Source: Pseudomonas aeruginosa (GTDB taxonomy: Bacteria > Pseudomonadota > Gammaproteobacteria > Pseudomonadales > Pseudomonadaceae). From it: a DNA stretch of 32,000 nucleotides. Positions 1 to 8,952 of this stretch are shown piece by piece (positions within the stretch are counted from its first letter, which is position 1; every line of letters starts with the position of its first letter). The stretch is taken from positions 420,001 through 452,000 of the forward strand of contig NZ_LN831024.1 in assembly GCF_001457615.1 (NCBI RefSeq), written 5' to 3'. The notes under the pieces were generated by a model, which worked only from the letters and a program-made list of their open reading frames with translations, ran no database searches and was not told where the DNA came from. The position numbers and the translations under genes were made by a program.

Positions 1-31
1 GCCGCCCGGGGGCGGCGCCGGCGGTTGCGGC

Positions 32-625
32 TCAGAGACCCAGGCGCTGCTTGAGCAGGGCCATGGCGCGGGCCCGGTGGCTGAGGCGGTTCTTCTCCTC
101 CGGCGCCAGCTCGGCGCTGGAGCAGTCGCGTTCCGGCACCCAGAACAGCGGGTCGTAGCCGAAGCCGTGGGCGCCGCGGGCTTCGCGGAGGATGCGGCCT
201 TCCCAGATGCCCTCGCAGAGGATCGGTAGCGGGTCGTCGGCGTGGCGCACCAGCGCCAGCACGCTGACGAACTGTGCGCCGCGCTCGGCGTCCGGGACAT
301 CCTTCATGGCCTCCAGCAGCTTGGCGTTGTTCGCCGCGTCGCCCCGGCCGTCGGCATAGCGCGCCGAGTAGATGCCCGGCGCGCCGCCGAGGAAGTCCAC
401 CGCCAGCCCGGAGTCGTCGGCCAGCGCCGGCAGGCCGGAGAGGCGTGCGGCGTTGCGTGCCTTGAGGATGGCGTTCTCGACGAAGGAAAGACCGGTTTCC
501 TCCGGTTCCACCTGGCTGAACTCGCCGATCGAGCGCACCTTCACGCTGGCGCCGAGCATGGCCTGGAGTTCCTTGAGTTTGCCGGCATTGTGGCTGGCCA
601 GCACCAGCTGTTCGAGCTTGATCAT
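32..625 (-). CDS. rdgB: Non-canonical purine NTP pyrophosphatase (RdgB/Ham1 family dITP/XTPase), 197 aa
   Basis: C-terminal 197 aa of the 32..1282 track ORF, starting at ATG 625..623 ([19 protein letters not shown]...). Ham1-family hallmarks are SHNxGK near the N-terminus and GFGYDPLF near the C-terminus. The 219-aa upstream extension is Arg/Pro/Gly-rich and overlaps the next gene in another frame, so it was rejected. ATGA start/stop overlap with the upstream CDS at 622..625. Confidence 0.93.
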   Translation of the reverse strand: MIKLEQLVLASHNAGKLKELQAMLGASVKVRSIGEFSQVEPEETGLSFVENAILKARNAARLSGLPALADDSGLAVDFLGGAPGIYSARYADGRGDAANNAKLLEAMKDVPDAERGAQFVSVLALVRHADDPLPILCEGIWEGRILREARGAHGFGYDPLFWVPERDCSSAELAPEEKNRLSHRARAMALLKQRLGL

Positions 626-1041
626 TCGTCCGGGAAGATTTCCTTGTTGAAACTGAAGGTTTGCGCAGGTTCGCCCTTGGCCTCGACCTTGATGGTGAAG
701 ACCAGGGTCTCGCGCTGGCTGATCGGGAATTGCGCCAGGTTGTAGATGGCGCCTTCCTCGCTGACTCGGCGGAACTCCAGGGGGATGACCTTGCCGGTCA
801 GGTCCTTGGCCGAGCCGGTCACGGCGGCCTCTACCGGCTTGCCTTTCTCCATCGGCACCACGTTGATCACGCCCTGCGCCTTGCTGCGTACCAGGCCGAC
901 CGCGCTGGCCACGTTGGGCTGGAGGAAGCTGGAGTTGAACACGTTGTAGTGGACGTCCAGGTCGCCGAAGCGCTGCACCTGCTCGGCGAGGACCGGCAGG
1001 CTCAGGCAGAGGCCGAGGACGAAAGCGGTGAAGCGGCGCAT
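622..1041 (-). CDS. Small secreted/periplasmic protein of unknown function (DUF4426-like by recall), 139 aa
   Basis: N-terminal signal peptide ([21 protein letters not shown]) followed by a beta-rich body. AGGAG RBS sits 6-7 nt upstream (cctttcAGGAGaaaccaccATG on the minus strand). Translationally coupled to rdgB. The family assignment is from memory of the P. aeruginosa orthologue, not from a search. Confidence 0.8.
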   Translation of the reverse strand: MRRFTAFVLGLCLSLPVLAEQVQRFGDLDVHYNVFNSSFLQPNVASAVGLVRSKAQGVINVVPMEKGKPVEAAVTGSAKDLTGKVIPLEFRRVSEEGAIYNLAQFPISQRETLVFTIKVEAKGEPAQTFSFNKEIFPDE

Positions 1042-1172
1042 GGTGGTTTCTCCTGAAAGGTGGCATGGACGTTGTCCATGGTCTGCTGCCGGCGGCCTTG
1101 GCCGGCTTCGGCAGCGCTCTCCCGAGGACGAGCGGAGGGGCGCCCGGCCCTGGCCCGCAGCCTGGCGCGTTC

Positions 1173-1793
1173 CTAGACGGCGAGGTTGCGGGTCTGCACT
1201 CCGGGTCCGGTGACCCGGTAGATTCCAATCTCACCCAATAGATTAGGCCACAGCCGGCTGGCCCAGCCATGCCGGTGGTCACGGTCCACGGCCAGGCGGT
1301 CGAGCACGCGCATGCGCAACTGGCGGCACAGGCGCTCGAAGTCCTGGAAGGTGCAGAAATGGATGTTCGGCGTGTTGTACCAGGTATACGGCAGGAACTC
1401 GGAGACCGGCATCCGGCCGTTGCGCGCCAGGTACCAGCGGCAGCGCCAGTGGCCGAAGTTGGGGAAAGTGATGATGCAGGTCTTGCCGACCCGCAGCATC
1501 TCTTCGAGGATCTTGTCCGGATAGTGCACGGCCTGTAGCGCCTGGGTCATCACCACCACGTCGAAGCTGTCGCTGGCGAAGTTGCCCAGGCCCTTGTCGA
1601 GGTCCTGCTCGATCACGTTCACCCCGTTTTCGATGCAACGGGCGATGTTGTCGGGATCGATCTCCAGGCCGTAGCCGCTGACCTGCTTGTGGTCGCGCAG
1701 CCAGGCCAGGAGTTCGCCGTCGCCGCAGCCGAGGTCGAGGACGCGGCTGCCGGCGGGAATCCATTCCTGGATGATTTCGAGATCGGCGCGCAT
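1173..1793 (-). CDS. metW: Methionine biosynthesis protein MetW (SAM-methyltransferase-fold partner of MetX), 206 aa
   Basis: Full-length match to the MetW family as I know it ([13 protein letters not shown]..., class-I MTase motif [12 protein letters not shown]). The start lies 7 nt after the metX stop, the canonical metXW arrangement. Confidence 0.93.
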   Translation of the reverse strand: MRADLEIIQEWIPAGSRVLDLGCGDGELLAWLRDHKQVSGYGLEIDPDNIARCIENGVNVIEQDLDKGLGNFASDSFDVVVMTQALQAVHYPDKILEEMLRVGKTCIITFPNFGHWRCRWYLARNGRMPVSEFLPYTWYNTPNIHFCTFQDFERLCRQLRMRVLDRLAVDRDHRHGWASRLWPNLLGEIGIYRVTGPGVQTRNLAV

Positions 1794-1800
1794 CGGATCC

Positions 1801-2940
1801 TCACACGCTGATGCGGTTCATGTAACCGCTGAAGGCTTGCAGGTACCGGGGGATCGGCATGAGGAAGGCGTCGTGGCCTTGCGGGGCGTCGATCTCCAGG
1901 TAGCTGACGTTCTTTTTCGCCGCGATCAGGGCGTCGACGATTTCCCGCGAGCGGGCCGGCGAGAAACGCCAGTCGGTGGTGAAGGACATCAGGCAGAAGC
2001 CCGCCTCGACGCCCTCCAGGGTGCGCACCAGGTCGTCGCCGTGGGCGGCGGCGGGGTCGAAATAGTCCAGCGCCTTGGTCATCAGCAGGTAGGTATTGGC
2101 GTCGAAGCGGGTGGAGAACTCCTCGCCCTGGTAGCGCAGGTAACTCTCGACCTGGAACTCGACGCTGTGCAGGTCGTAGTTGAGCTTCTCGGTCTTCAGT
2201 ACGCGGCCGAATTTGGCGCCCATGGCGTCGTCGGACAGGTAGGTGATATGGCCGACCATCCGCGCCAGCTTGAGGCCGCGCTTGGGAATCACGCCCTGTT
2301 CCTGGAAGTAGCCGCCGAGGAACTCAGGGTCGGAAAGAATCGCCTGCCGGGCGACTTCGTTGAAGGCGATGTTCTGCGCCGACAGCTTCGGCGCGCTGGC
2401 GATGCACAGGCAGTGACGGACGCGCTCGGGGTAGCTGATGGTCCATTGCAGCGCCTGCATGCCGCCGAGGCTGCCGCCGACCACCGCGGCCCACTGGCGG
2501 ATGCCGAGGCGGTCTGCCAGGCGCGCCTGGCTATGCACCCAGTCTTCCACCGTGACCATCGGGAAGTCCGCGCCGTAGACCTTGCCGGTCGCCGGATTGA
2601 TGCTGGCGGGGCCGCTGGATCCGTTGCAACCGCCGAGGTTGTTGAGGGCGACGACGAAGAACTTGCGGGTGTCGATCGGCTTGCCCGGACCGATGCAACT
2701 GTCCCACCAGCCCGGCTTGCGCTCGTCGACACTGTGGTAGCCGGCGGCGTGGTGGTGACCGGAGAGGGCGTGGCAGATCAGCACCGCGTTGCTCTGCGTG
2801 GCATTCAGCTCGCCGTAGGTTTCGATCACCAGGTCGTACTCGGCCAGGGACTTGCCGCTGGTCAGCTCGAGCGGTTCGTTGAAGTGCAGCGTCTGGGGGG
2901 AGACCAGACCGACGGAGTCGTCGGGGAAGACTGTGGGCAT
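1801..2940 (-). CDS. metX: Homoserine O-acyltransferase, MetX family (acetyl vs succinyl donor not readable from sequence), 379 aa
   Basis: Alpha/beta-hydrolase MetX architecture with nucleophile elbow [10 protein letters not shown]. Conserved N-terminal block ([14 protein letters not shown]...YETYGELN) and C-terminal GHDAFL. Followed by metW. Confidence 0.95.
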   Translation of the reverse strand: MPTVFPDDSVGLVSPQTLHFNEPLELTSGKSLAEYDLVIETYGELNATQSNAVLICHALSGHHHAAGYHSVDERKPGWWDSCIGPGKPIDTRKFFVVALNNLGGCNGSSGPASINPATGKVYGADFPMVTVEDWVHSQARLADRLGIRQWAAVVGGSLGGMQALQWTISYPERVRHCLCIASAPKLSAQNIAFNEVARQAILSDPEFLGGYFQEQGVIPKRGLKLARMVGHITYLSDDAMGAKFGRVLKTEKLNYDLHSVEFQVESYLRYQGEEFSTRFDANTYLLMTKALDYFDPAAAHGDDLVRTLEGVEAGFCLMSFTTDWRFSPARSREIVDALIAAKKNVSYLEIDAPQGHDAFLMPIPRYLQAFSGYMNRISV

Positions 2941-3028
2941 CGACCCTGCTCTCGAACAAAGGAGGGCGCCAGTCTAAAGAGCGTCGCCCCCAGCGGCAAG
3001 CGCGCTGGCGCGCGCCGTGGGAGCGGGG

Positions 3029-4996
3029 TCAGGCGCGCTGCGAGCCGGGCAGGTTGACCACCTTGGCCTGGCGCTGCAGGGGCGAGGGGCGGCGCAACTG
3101 GCGGAGGATGTCGCCGGCTTCGCGCAACTGTTCCTGCAATTCCCCGGCGAACCCGGCGAAGGCCTGGCTGCGCTGGCGTACCTGCTGGGTCTCCTGGGCC
3201 AGGCCCTTGAGGCGGAGCATGTGGCTTTCGAGCAACTGTTTGTTTTCCAGGGTGTGCTGCATCAGCGGCATCAGCGCGTCGTTGGCCCAGCGCTCGGTTT
3301 CCTCGCGCAGGCGCTGGTGCAGGCCGACCACCTCCTGCACCAGGGTGGCGAAGAAGCGCCGGGTCAGCAGGCGTTGCTCGGTAAGCACGGTCTTCAGCTG
3401 CAGGCGGAACTGGTCGCCCTTCTTCTTCAGTTGCAACAGTTCGCGCTGGTAGCGCTGGACCCGTAGCTGCGGCGCGTCGAGGGCGTAGAGCGGGTTCTCC
3501 TCGTTGTGCCGGCGGTAGATGGCGGCGACCATGCGGTTGGCCATGCCGGCCTCGTGCTCGAGGTTGTCGAGGTCGTGCTCCACCGCGCGGAAGAACGCCA
3601 GGATCGCCTGGTTGATGCCGACCGTGGTCAGGCTGCCGTTGAGGTTGCGCCGCACCTTCTGCAGGTGCTGTTCCATGCGTTCGCTGCGGATCGTCTCGCG
3701 CAGCGTCGCGCCCTGGTGCTGCAGCAGGCGCTGGTTGGTCTTCAGGTTGAGCAGGCGGCGGTGGTGGCGGCCGTGGTCGTCCTTGGTCTTCGCGGTCAGT
3801 TCGAACAGCAGTTGGCCGCTGTCGCGCTGCTTGTCGTCGAGCAGCGCGCGCTGTTCCTCGACCTTCTCCAGGCGCAGGCGCAGCAGATGCTGGCTGTTGT
3901 GCAGCAGGCCAAGGACCTGGCCGAGCACGGAGTTCTCCAGCAGCGCTTCCTTCTGCGCGACGATGCGCTCGCAGAGCAGCGCTTCCAGCCGATCCAGGCG
4001 ACTGCGTTCGAGCAGCGCCGGTTCGCCGCGGACCTTGGCCAGCAGCGCCTGCTTCGCCGACAGCGGCAGCACGTCGCCGCGCTGCAGGCCGAGCTGGCGG
4101 GCCGTGCCGTCCTGGATCAGGCGGATGGCGTTCTGTACGAAGCGCTCGCCGGAAAGGTCGTCCCAGAGCACGTCGATCTTGTTCAGCACGGCGAACAGGC
4201 TGCTGTGGCCGTCCTCGCGCAGTGGCTGGATGTACTTCTGCCAGATTTCCATGTCCGAGGCGGTGACACCAGCGTCGGCGGACAGCAGGAACAGGATCGC
4301 CTGGGCGTTGGGCAGCATCGACAGGGTCAGCTCCGGCTCGCTGCCGAGGGCGTTCAGGCCGGGTGTGTCGAGGATCCGCAGGCCCTGGCGCAGCAGCGGG
4401 TGGTCGAAGTTGACCAGGGCGTGGCGCCAGGCCGGGACGCGCACCTGGTCGGGCTCGTCGGCGGCTTCCAGGGCGTCCGGGTGGAAGCCGAGCTGGATCG
4501 CCTGTTCCACCGGCAGCGCCTTGGTCTTGGCGACCTGGGCGAAGGCCTGGGCCATGCCCTCCGGGTCGCCGGTGTCCAGCGGAATGTTCACCCAGTGGCG
4601 CGGCACGCGCTTGAACTGGGCGACGCTGGCGTCGGCCAGGCGCGTCTCGATCGGCAGCAGGCGGATGTAGCTGCGCTCGGCGCGCGGATCGTGGAACAGC
4701 TCGGTGGGGCACATGGTGGTGCGTCCGGCGTGGGACGGCAGCATGCGCTGGCCGTAGCCGGCGAAGAACAGGCTGTTGATCAGCTCGGTCTTGCCACGCG
4801 AGAACTCGCCGACGAAGGCCAGGGTGATGTGGTCCGCGCGCAGTTGGCGCAGGGCGCGTTCGAGCTTGGCCTCGACCGCCGGGCTGTTCAGCCGGCTGCG
4901 CTCCAGCCAGCCGCGATAGCGGGTGATTTCCCGCATCAGCTCGCGCTTCCAGGCGACGTAGGCGTCGATTTGATGGCTGAGTCTTTCCATGCTCAT
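3029..4996 (-). CDS. Bacterial dynamin-like GTPase (dynamin family protein), 655 aa
   Basis: G1/P-loop GEFSRGKTELINS, G3 ILDTPGLNALG and G4 LNKIDVLWD in dynamin order and spacing. The C-terminal ~400 aa are a Leu/Gln/Arg/Glu-rich helical stalk. GGAG sits 7 nt upstream of ATG 4996. A second ATG at 4990 is an alternative start. Two overlapping track ORFs (2862..4712 minus, 3506..5392 plus) are low-complexity artefacts. Confidence 0.88.
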   Translation of the reverse strand: MSMERLSHQIDAYVAWKRELMREITRYRGWLERSRLNSPAVEAKLERALRQLRADHITLAFVGEFSRGKTELINSLFFAGYGQRMLPSHAGRTTMCPTELFHDPRAERSYIRLLPIETRLADASVAQFKRVPRHWVNIPLDTGDPEGMAQAFAQVAKTKALPVEQAIQLGFHPDALEAADEPDQVRVPAWRHALVNFDHPLLRQGLRILDTPGLNALGSEPELTLSMLPNAQAILFLLSADAGVTASDMEIWQKYIQPLREDGHSSLFAVLNKIDVLWDDLSGERFVQNAIRLIQDGTARQLGLQRGDVLPLSAKQALLAKVRGEPALLERSRLDRLEALLCERIVAQKEALLENSVLGQVLGLLHNSQHLLRLRLEKVEEQRALLDDKQRDSGQLLFELTAKTKDDHGRHHRRLLNLKTNQRLLQHQGATLRETIRSERMEQHLQKVRRNLNGSLTTVGINQAILAFFRAVEHDLDNLEHEAGMANRMVAAIYRRHNEENPLYALDAPQLRVQRYQRELLQLKKKGDQFRLQLKTVLTEQRLLTRRFFATLVQEVVGLHQRLREETERWANDALMPLMQHTLENKQLLESHMLRLKGLAQETQQVRQRSQAFAGFAGELQEQLREAGDILRQLRRPSPLQRQAKVVNLPGSQRA

Positions 4997-5041
4997 CCAG
5001 GGGCTCCAGGGCGCGGGACCGGCGGGGGAAGGATGGCGTGG

Positions 5042-5069
5042 ATTATGCGGGGGAGCGGGGGAGCGTCAA
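5042..5069 (-). promoter_or_regulatory. Candidate sigma70 promoter for the dynamin-like GTPase gene
   Basis: The minus strand reads TTGACG (5069..5064), a 16-nt spacer, then CATAAT (5047..5042). Each hexamer matches consensus at 5 of 6 positions. The spacer is a direct 8-mer duplication, CTCCCCCG CTCCCCCG. The predicted TSS near 5035 leaves a ~40-nt leader with GGAG. No experimental support is available to me. Confidence 0.45.
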
Positions 5070-5103
5070 TTGGCCTGCTTCACATTCCTGCACGTAAGGT
5101 CGG

Positions 5104-5400
5104 TCAAGCGGGTCGAGCGGCGATCCCCAGTTCCTCCGGCAATCGGGTCGGACGGCGGATGCGCACCCGTTTCTGCCGGTTCAGCTCGCCGCTTTCGAGA
5201 CTCACCAGGCTCTTGGCCACGCCGAAGGCCTTGCCGAGGAAGGCCAGCAGATGGGCGTTGGCCTTGCCCTCCACCGGCGGTGCGGTGAGGCGGATCTTCA
5301 GGCGCTCGCCGTGCAGCCCGGCGAACTCGTCGCGGCTCGCCTTGGGCTGCAGGTGGCAATCGAGGAGTAGGTCCTCGCCGTCCCAGCGGTAGAAGCTCAG
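5104..5400 (-). CDS. yggU: DUF167 / YggU (UPF0235) family protein, ~98 aa; start codon non-canonical or unresolved
   Basis: Not in the ORF track. My translation of the minus strand is (L)SFYRWDGEDLLLDCHLQPKASRDEFAGLHGERLKIRLTAPPVEGKANAHLLAFLGKAFGVAKSLVSLESGELNRQKRVRIRRPTRLPEELGIAARPA*, with TGA at 5106..5104. It contains the DUF167 signature (LxxxLQPxAxxD...G...LK(I/V)xxTAPPV(E/D)G(K/Q)AN...L...V...G..(N/S)RxK). It occupies the position after yggT that yggU holds in E. coli. The ORF contains no Met codon. The only plausible initiator is CTG 5400..5398, overlapping the yggT stop as CTGA. Confidence 0.72.
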   Translation of the reverse strand: MSFYRWDGEDLLLDCHLQPKASRDEFAGLHGERLKIRLTAPPVEGKANAHLLAFLGKAFGVAKSLVSLESGELNRQKRVRIRRPTRLPEELGIAARPA

Positions 5401-5990
5401 AGGAAGATGCTCAACTGCTGGGGCATGCCGGTCATGGCCGCCAGGTTGTTGATCACCAGCATGTCGATCAGCTTCAGCGCGAGGAACGCGAAGATCGGCG
5501 AGAGATCCAGTCCGCCGAGGTTCGGCAGGAGCTTGCGGAACGGCATCAGCAGCGGTTCGCAGATCTGGTTCACCAGTTGCGCGCCGGGGTTGTAGCTGCC
5601 CGGGGCGACCCAGGAAAGGATCACGCTGATGATCAGGGCGAAGAAGAACACCTTCAGGAACAGCGAGGTGACGGCGATGATCGACCAGATCAGCAGTTGC
5701 ATGATGAAGCCGCCGACGCCGTAGCCCATCAGCATCAGGATCAGGATCATCAGCACCAGCTGGATCAGGATCGCCAGCACCAGCGAGGCCAGGTCGATCC
5801 CGCCGAAGCCGGGGATGATCCGCCGCAGCGGGTTCAGCAGCGGCTTGGTGGCGCGCACGATGAACTGGCTGAGGGGGTTGTAGAAGTCCGCGCGGACCAA
5901 CTGCAGGATGAAGCGCAGCAGCACGATCAGCAGGTAGAGGCTGCCGAGGGTCTGGAGGATATAGATAGCAGCGGTGTTGAGGCCGATCAT
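5397..5990 (-). CDS. yggT: YggT family integral membrane protein, 197 aa
   Basis: Two tandem YggT/Ycf19-type repeats, each with hydrophobic helices and the conserved (L/I)xxPxR(R/K)xxP motif (NPLRRIIPGFGGIDLAS and MPFRKLLPNLGGLDLSP). Lies in the conserved yggS-proC-yggT-yggU order. Confidence 0.92.
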   Translation of the reverse strand: MIGLNTAAIYILQTLGSLYLLIVLLRFILQLVRADFYNPLSQFIVRATKPLLNPLRRIIPGFGGIDLASLVLAILIQLVLMILILMLMGYGVGGFIMQLLIWSIIAVTSLFLKVFFFALIISVILSWVAPGSYNPGAQLVNQICEPLLMPFRKLLPNLGGLDLSPIFAFLALKLIDMLVINNLAAMTGMPQQLSIFL

Positions 5991-6000
5991 CGACTACTCC

Positions 6001-6822
6001 TTATTGGCCAAGCTGTTCGGCCAGCTCGGCGGAGCGCTGGCTGGCGGCGTTCAGGGCCTGCTCCACCAGTGCTTCGAAGCCGTTGGCCTGGAAGGATTTG
6101 ATCGCCGCCTCGGTGGTGCCGTTGGGCGAAGTCACCCGGCGCCGCAGCTCGGCCGGCTCGACCTCGCTGGACAGCGCCATCTGCGCCGCGCCGAGGGCGG
6201 TCTGCAGGGTCAGGCGCGAGGCTGTCTCGCGGGACAGGCCGAGCTTCTCGCCGGCGTCGGTCATGGCCTGCATCAGCAGGAAGAAATACGCCGGGCCGCT
6301 ACCCGACACTGCGGTCACCGCGTCGATCTGCGCTTCGTCGTCCAGCCACAGGGCGATGCCTACCGCAGACAGCAACTGCCCGGCCTGCTCGCGTTGCGCG
6401 GCGCTGACCTGCGCGTTGGCGTACAGCCCGCTGGCGCCCTGGCGCAGCAGCGCCGGGGTGTTGGGCATGCAGCGGACCACCGGGCGCGGCTGGCCGAGCC
6501 AGGCTTCGAGGCTGGCGCAGGGGATGCCGGCGGCGATGGAGACGATCAGTTGCTCCGGCTTCAGCGCCGGCGCCAAGGCCTGGCACACGGCTTTCATGGC
6601 CTGCGGCTTGACCGACAGGACCACGACGTCGGCGTCGGCCACGGCCTCGGCGTTGGACTCGACCACGTCGATGGCGAACTCGCCGGCGATCTTCGCGCGT
6701 TGCTCGGCGCCCGGGTCGCTGGCGCGGATCTGCGCCGCCGGCACGCCTTGGGCGCGCAGGCCGCCGATCAGGCTGGCGGCCATGTTGCCGGCGCCGATGA
6801 ACGCTATGCGGGGTGTGCTCAT
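6001..6822 (-). CDS. proC: Pyrroline-5-carboxylate reductase, 273 aa
   Basis: Internal ATG 6822 of the 6001..7242 track ORF gives MSTPRIAFIGAGNMAASLIGGL (Rossmann GxGxxA) and the P5CR C-terminal signature (VTSPNGTTEAAI). The upstream extension is Arg/Pro junk overlapping yggS. Confidence 0.95.
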   Translation of the reverse strand: MSTPRIAFIGAGNMAASLIGGLRAQGVPAAQIRASDPGAEQRAKIAGEFAIDVVESNAEAVADADVVVLSVKPQAMKAVCQALAPALKPEQLIVSIAAGIPCASLEAWLGQPRPVVRCMPNTPALLRQGASGLYANAQVSAAQREQAGQLLSAVGIALWLDDEAQIDAVTAVSGSGPAYFFLLMQAMTDAGEKLGLSRETASRLTLQTALGAAQMALSSEVEPAELRRRVTSPNGTTEAAIKSFQANGFEALVEQALNAASQRSAELAEQLGQ

Positions 6823-6833
6823 AGGGGATTCCT

Positions 6834-7526
6834 TCAAGAAGCCGGCGCGCCGTAGTCGCGGGCGCCGAACAGGGCGGTACCGATGCGGACCCAGGTCGCA
6901 CCTTCGCCGATGGCTGCCTCGAGGTCGTCGCTCATGCCCATGGACAGGGTGTCCAGGCCAAGGTTCAGGTCCAGCAGCAGTTCGCGCAGGCGGGCGAACG
7001 CGGCGTGTTGCGCGGCGCGTTCGGCGGTGGGTTCGGGGATGGCCATCAGGCCACGCAATCGGAGGTTGGGCAGTTGCTTCACGGCCTCGGCCAGGGCCGG
7101 CAGGTCCTCGGGGGCGCAGCCGGACTTGCTGGCTTCGCCGCTGACGTTGACCTGCAGGCAGACATTCAGGGGCGGCAGCCCGGCCGGGCGTTGCTCCGAC
7201 AGGCGCTGCGCGATCTTCAACCGGTCCACCGAGTGCACCCACTGGAAATGCTCGGCGATGGGCCGCGTCTTGTTCGACTGGATGGGGCCGATGAAGTGCC
7301 AGTTCAAGGGCAGGTCGGCCAGTTCGGCCTGCTTGCCGAGGGCCTCCTGCAGGTAGTTTTCGCCGAAGTCGCGAAGGCCGGCGGCGTGCGCCTCGCGCAC
7401 CGCGGCGGCGGGCTTGGTCTTACTCACGGCGAGCAGGCCGACCGTGGCCGGATCGCGCCCCGCAGCTTGCGCTGCCTCACGGATGCGCGCGGCAACCTTT
7501 GCAATATTCTCTGCTATCGTGGACAT
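6834..7526 (-). CDS. yggS: PLP-binding homeostasis protein YggS (COG0325), 230 aa
   Basis: Internal ATG 7526 of the 6834..7874 track ORF gives MSTIAENIAKVAARIREAA.... PLP-lysine context LLAVSKTKP, plus FGENYLQE, HFIGPIQSNK and MGMSDD motifs typical of the YggS/PROSC family. Confidence 0.94.
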   Translation of the reverse strand: MSTIAENIAKVAARIREAAQAAGRDPATVGLLAVSKTKPAAAVREAHAAGLRDFGENYLQEALGKQAELADLPLNWHFIGPIQSNKTRPIAEHFQWVHSVDRLKIAQRLSEQRPAGLPPLNVCLQVNVSGEASKSGCAPEDLPALAEAVKQLPNLRLRGLMAIPEPTAERAAQHAAFARLRELLLDLNLGLDTLSMGMSDDLEAAIGEGATWVRIGTALFGARDYGAPAS

Positions 7527-7740
7527 TACCTGCGCCCTATGGAAGTGCGGTCGGCGTCGGCTCGACGCCCTCGAAACCGCCGGCCTCGATGGCCATCTTC
7601 CTGTTCCAGTGTCGAGGTTCCGCGTCTGGCGCAGGACACCACGCGTGTCCTGGAAGCACCCTGGCTCATCCGGTGTTTTCCTTGTCCGAGACGGCGGCTT
7701 TGGCGGCATTCTACCTGCTTGCTTGTAATTGGGGAGTCCC

Positions 7741-8775
7741 ATGGATATTACCGAGCTGCTCGCCTTCAGTGCCAAACAGGGCGCTTCGGACCTGCACCTC
7801 TCCGCCGGCCTGCCACCCATGATCCGGGTGGATGGCGATGTACGCCGGATCAACCTGCCACCGCTGGAACACAAGCAGGTGCATGCGCTGATCTACGACA
7901 TCATGAACGACAAGCAGCGCAAGGACTTCGAGGAATTCCTCGAGACCGACTTCTCCTTCGAGGTGCCGGGCGTCGCGCGTTTCCGGGTCAACGCCTTCAA
8001 CCAGAACCGTGGCGCCGGCGCGGTATTCCGGACCATTCCCTCCAAGGTACTGACCATGGAGGAGCTTGGCATGGGAGAAGTGTTCAAACGTGTTTCAGAC
8101 GTCCCGCGCGGGTTGGTACTGGTCACCGGGCCGACCGGTTCGGGCAAGTCCACCACCCTGGCGGCGATGCTCGATTACCTGAACAACACCAAGTACCACC
8201 ACATCCTCACCATCGAGGACCCGATCGAATTCGTCCACGAATCGAAGAAGTGCCTGGTCAACCAGCGCGAGGTGCATCGCGACACCCTCGGCTTCAGCGA
8301 AGCGCTGCGCTCGGCGCTGCGGGAGGACCCGGACATCATCCTGGTCGGCGAGATGCGCGACCTGGAAACCATCCGCCTGGCCCTGACCGCGGCGGAGACC
8401 GGCCACCTGGTATTCGGCACCCTGCACACCACCTCGGCGGCGAAGACCATCGACCGGGTGGTCGACGTGTTCCCGGCCGAGGAAAAGGCCATGGTTCGCT
8501 CGATGCTCTCCGAGTCGCTGCAATCGGTGATCTCGCAGACCCTGATCAAGAAGATCGGCGGCGGCCGGGTGGCGGCCCACGAGATCATGATCGGCACCCC
8601 GGCGATCCGCAACCTGATCCGCGAGGACAAGGTCGCGCAGATGTATTCGGCGATCCAGACCGGCGGCTCGCTGGGCATGCAGACCCTCGACATGTGCCTC
8701 AAGGGCCTGGTCGCCAAGGGCCTGATCAGCCGCGAGAACGCCCGCGAGAAGGCGAAGATCCCGGAAAACTTCTGA
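7741..8775 (+). CDS. pilT: Type IV pilus retraction ATPase PilT, 344 aa
   Basis: MDITELLAFSAKQGASDLHL... is essentially the PilT sequence I know. Walker A GPTGSGKST, Walker B/Asp box DIILVGEMRD, His box TGHLVFGTLHT and the PilT-specific AIRNLIRE are all present. GGGGAG RBS at 7731..7736. The track start at 7729 adds 4 aa and lacks an RBS. Confidence 0.97.
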   Translation: MDITELLAFSAKQGASDLHLSAGLPPMIRVDGDVRRINLPPLEHKQVHALIYDIMNDKQRKDFEEFLETDFSFEVPGVARFRVNAFNQNRGAGAVFRTIPSKVLTMEELGMGEVFKRVSDVPRGLVLVTGPTGSGKSTTLAAMLDYLNNTKYHHILTIEDPIEFVHESKKCLVNQREVHRDTLGFSEALRSALREDPDIILVGEMRDLETIRLALTAAETGHLVFGTLHTTSAAKTIDRVVDVFPAEEKAMVRSMLSESLQSVISQTLIKKIGGGRVAAHEIMIGTPAIRNLIREDKVAQMYSAIQTGGSLGMQTLDMCLKGLVAKGLISRENAREKAKIPENF

Positions 8776-8952
8776 TCCTGGCGCCGATCCGCCGCGCTTC
8801 GCCCGAATCCCGGAACTGCGTCTAGGATTCAAGAGCGGGAGAGCGGTACCGTAGGCGCATTCCTACCTATCCTTGCCGGCGAGCGCGTCCAGCGCCCGCT
8901 CGCCCGCATCCGGCTCGCCGTCGCGGCGCGCCCCTGAGTGAGCGAGAACATC

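Noticed and set aside
1-31. Sequence downstream of rdgB that probably belongs to the next minus-strand gene (hemW/yggW-like by synteny)
   Set aside because: Only 31 nt are visible, so no start codon or motif can be assigned.
1064-1113. Palindromes CATGGAC-GTT-GTCCATG and CTGCCG...CGGCAG between metW and the DUF4426-like gene
   Set aside because: They could form hairpins, but no U-tract follows on the transcribed (minus) strand, and I cannot tell a regulatory role from chance GC-rich symmetry.
2862-5392. 616-aa (minus, 2862..4712) and 628-aa and 383-aa (plus) ORFs overlapping the dynamin-like GTPase gene
   Set aside because: All are Arg/Pro/Ala-rich or Ser/Arg-rich with no motifs, and they lie out of frame or antisense to a CDS with clear G1-G4 GTPase motifs.
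7651-7666. Sigma54-like motif TGGAAG-N5-TGGCT upstream of pilT, with correct GG-N10-GC spacing
   Set aside because: It has several mismatches to TGGCAC-N5-TTGCW, no enhancer-binding-protein site is evident, and I know of no evidence that pilT is RpoN-dependent. It is too weak to call.
7005-8825. 606-aa plus-strand ORF spanning yggS (antisense), the intergenic region and pilT (out of frame)
   Set aside because: It crosses a divergent promoter region, has a low-complexity product, and conflicts with two strongly supported genes.
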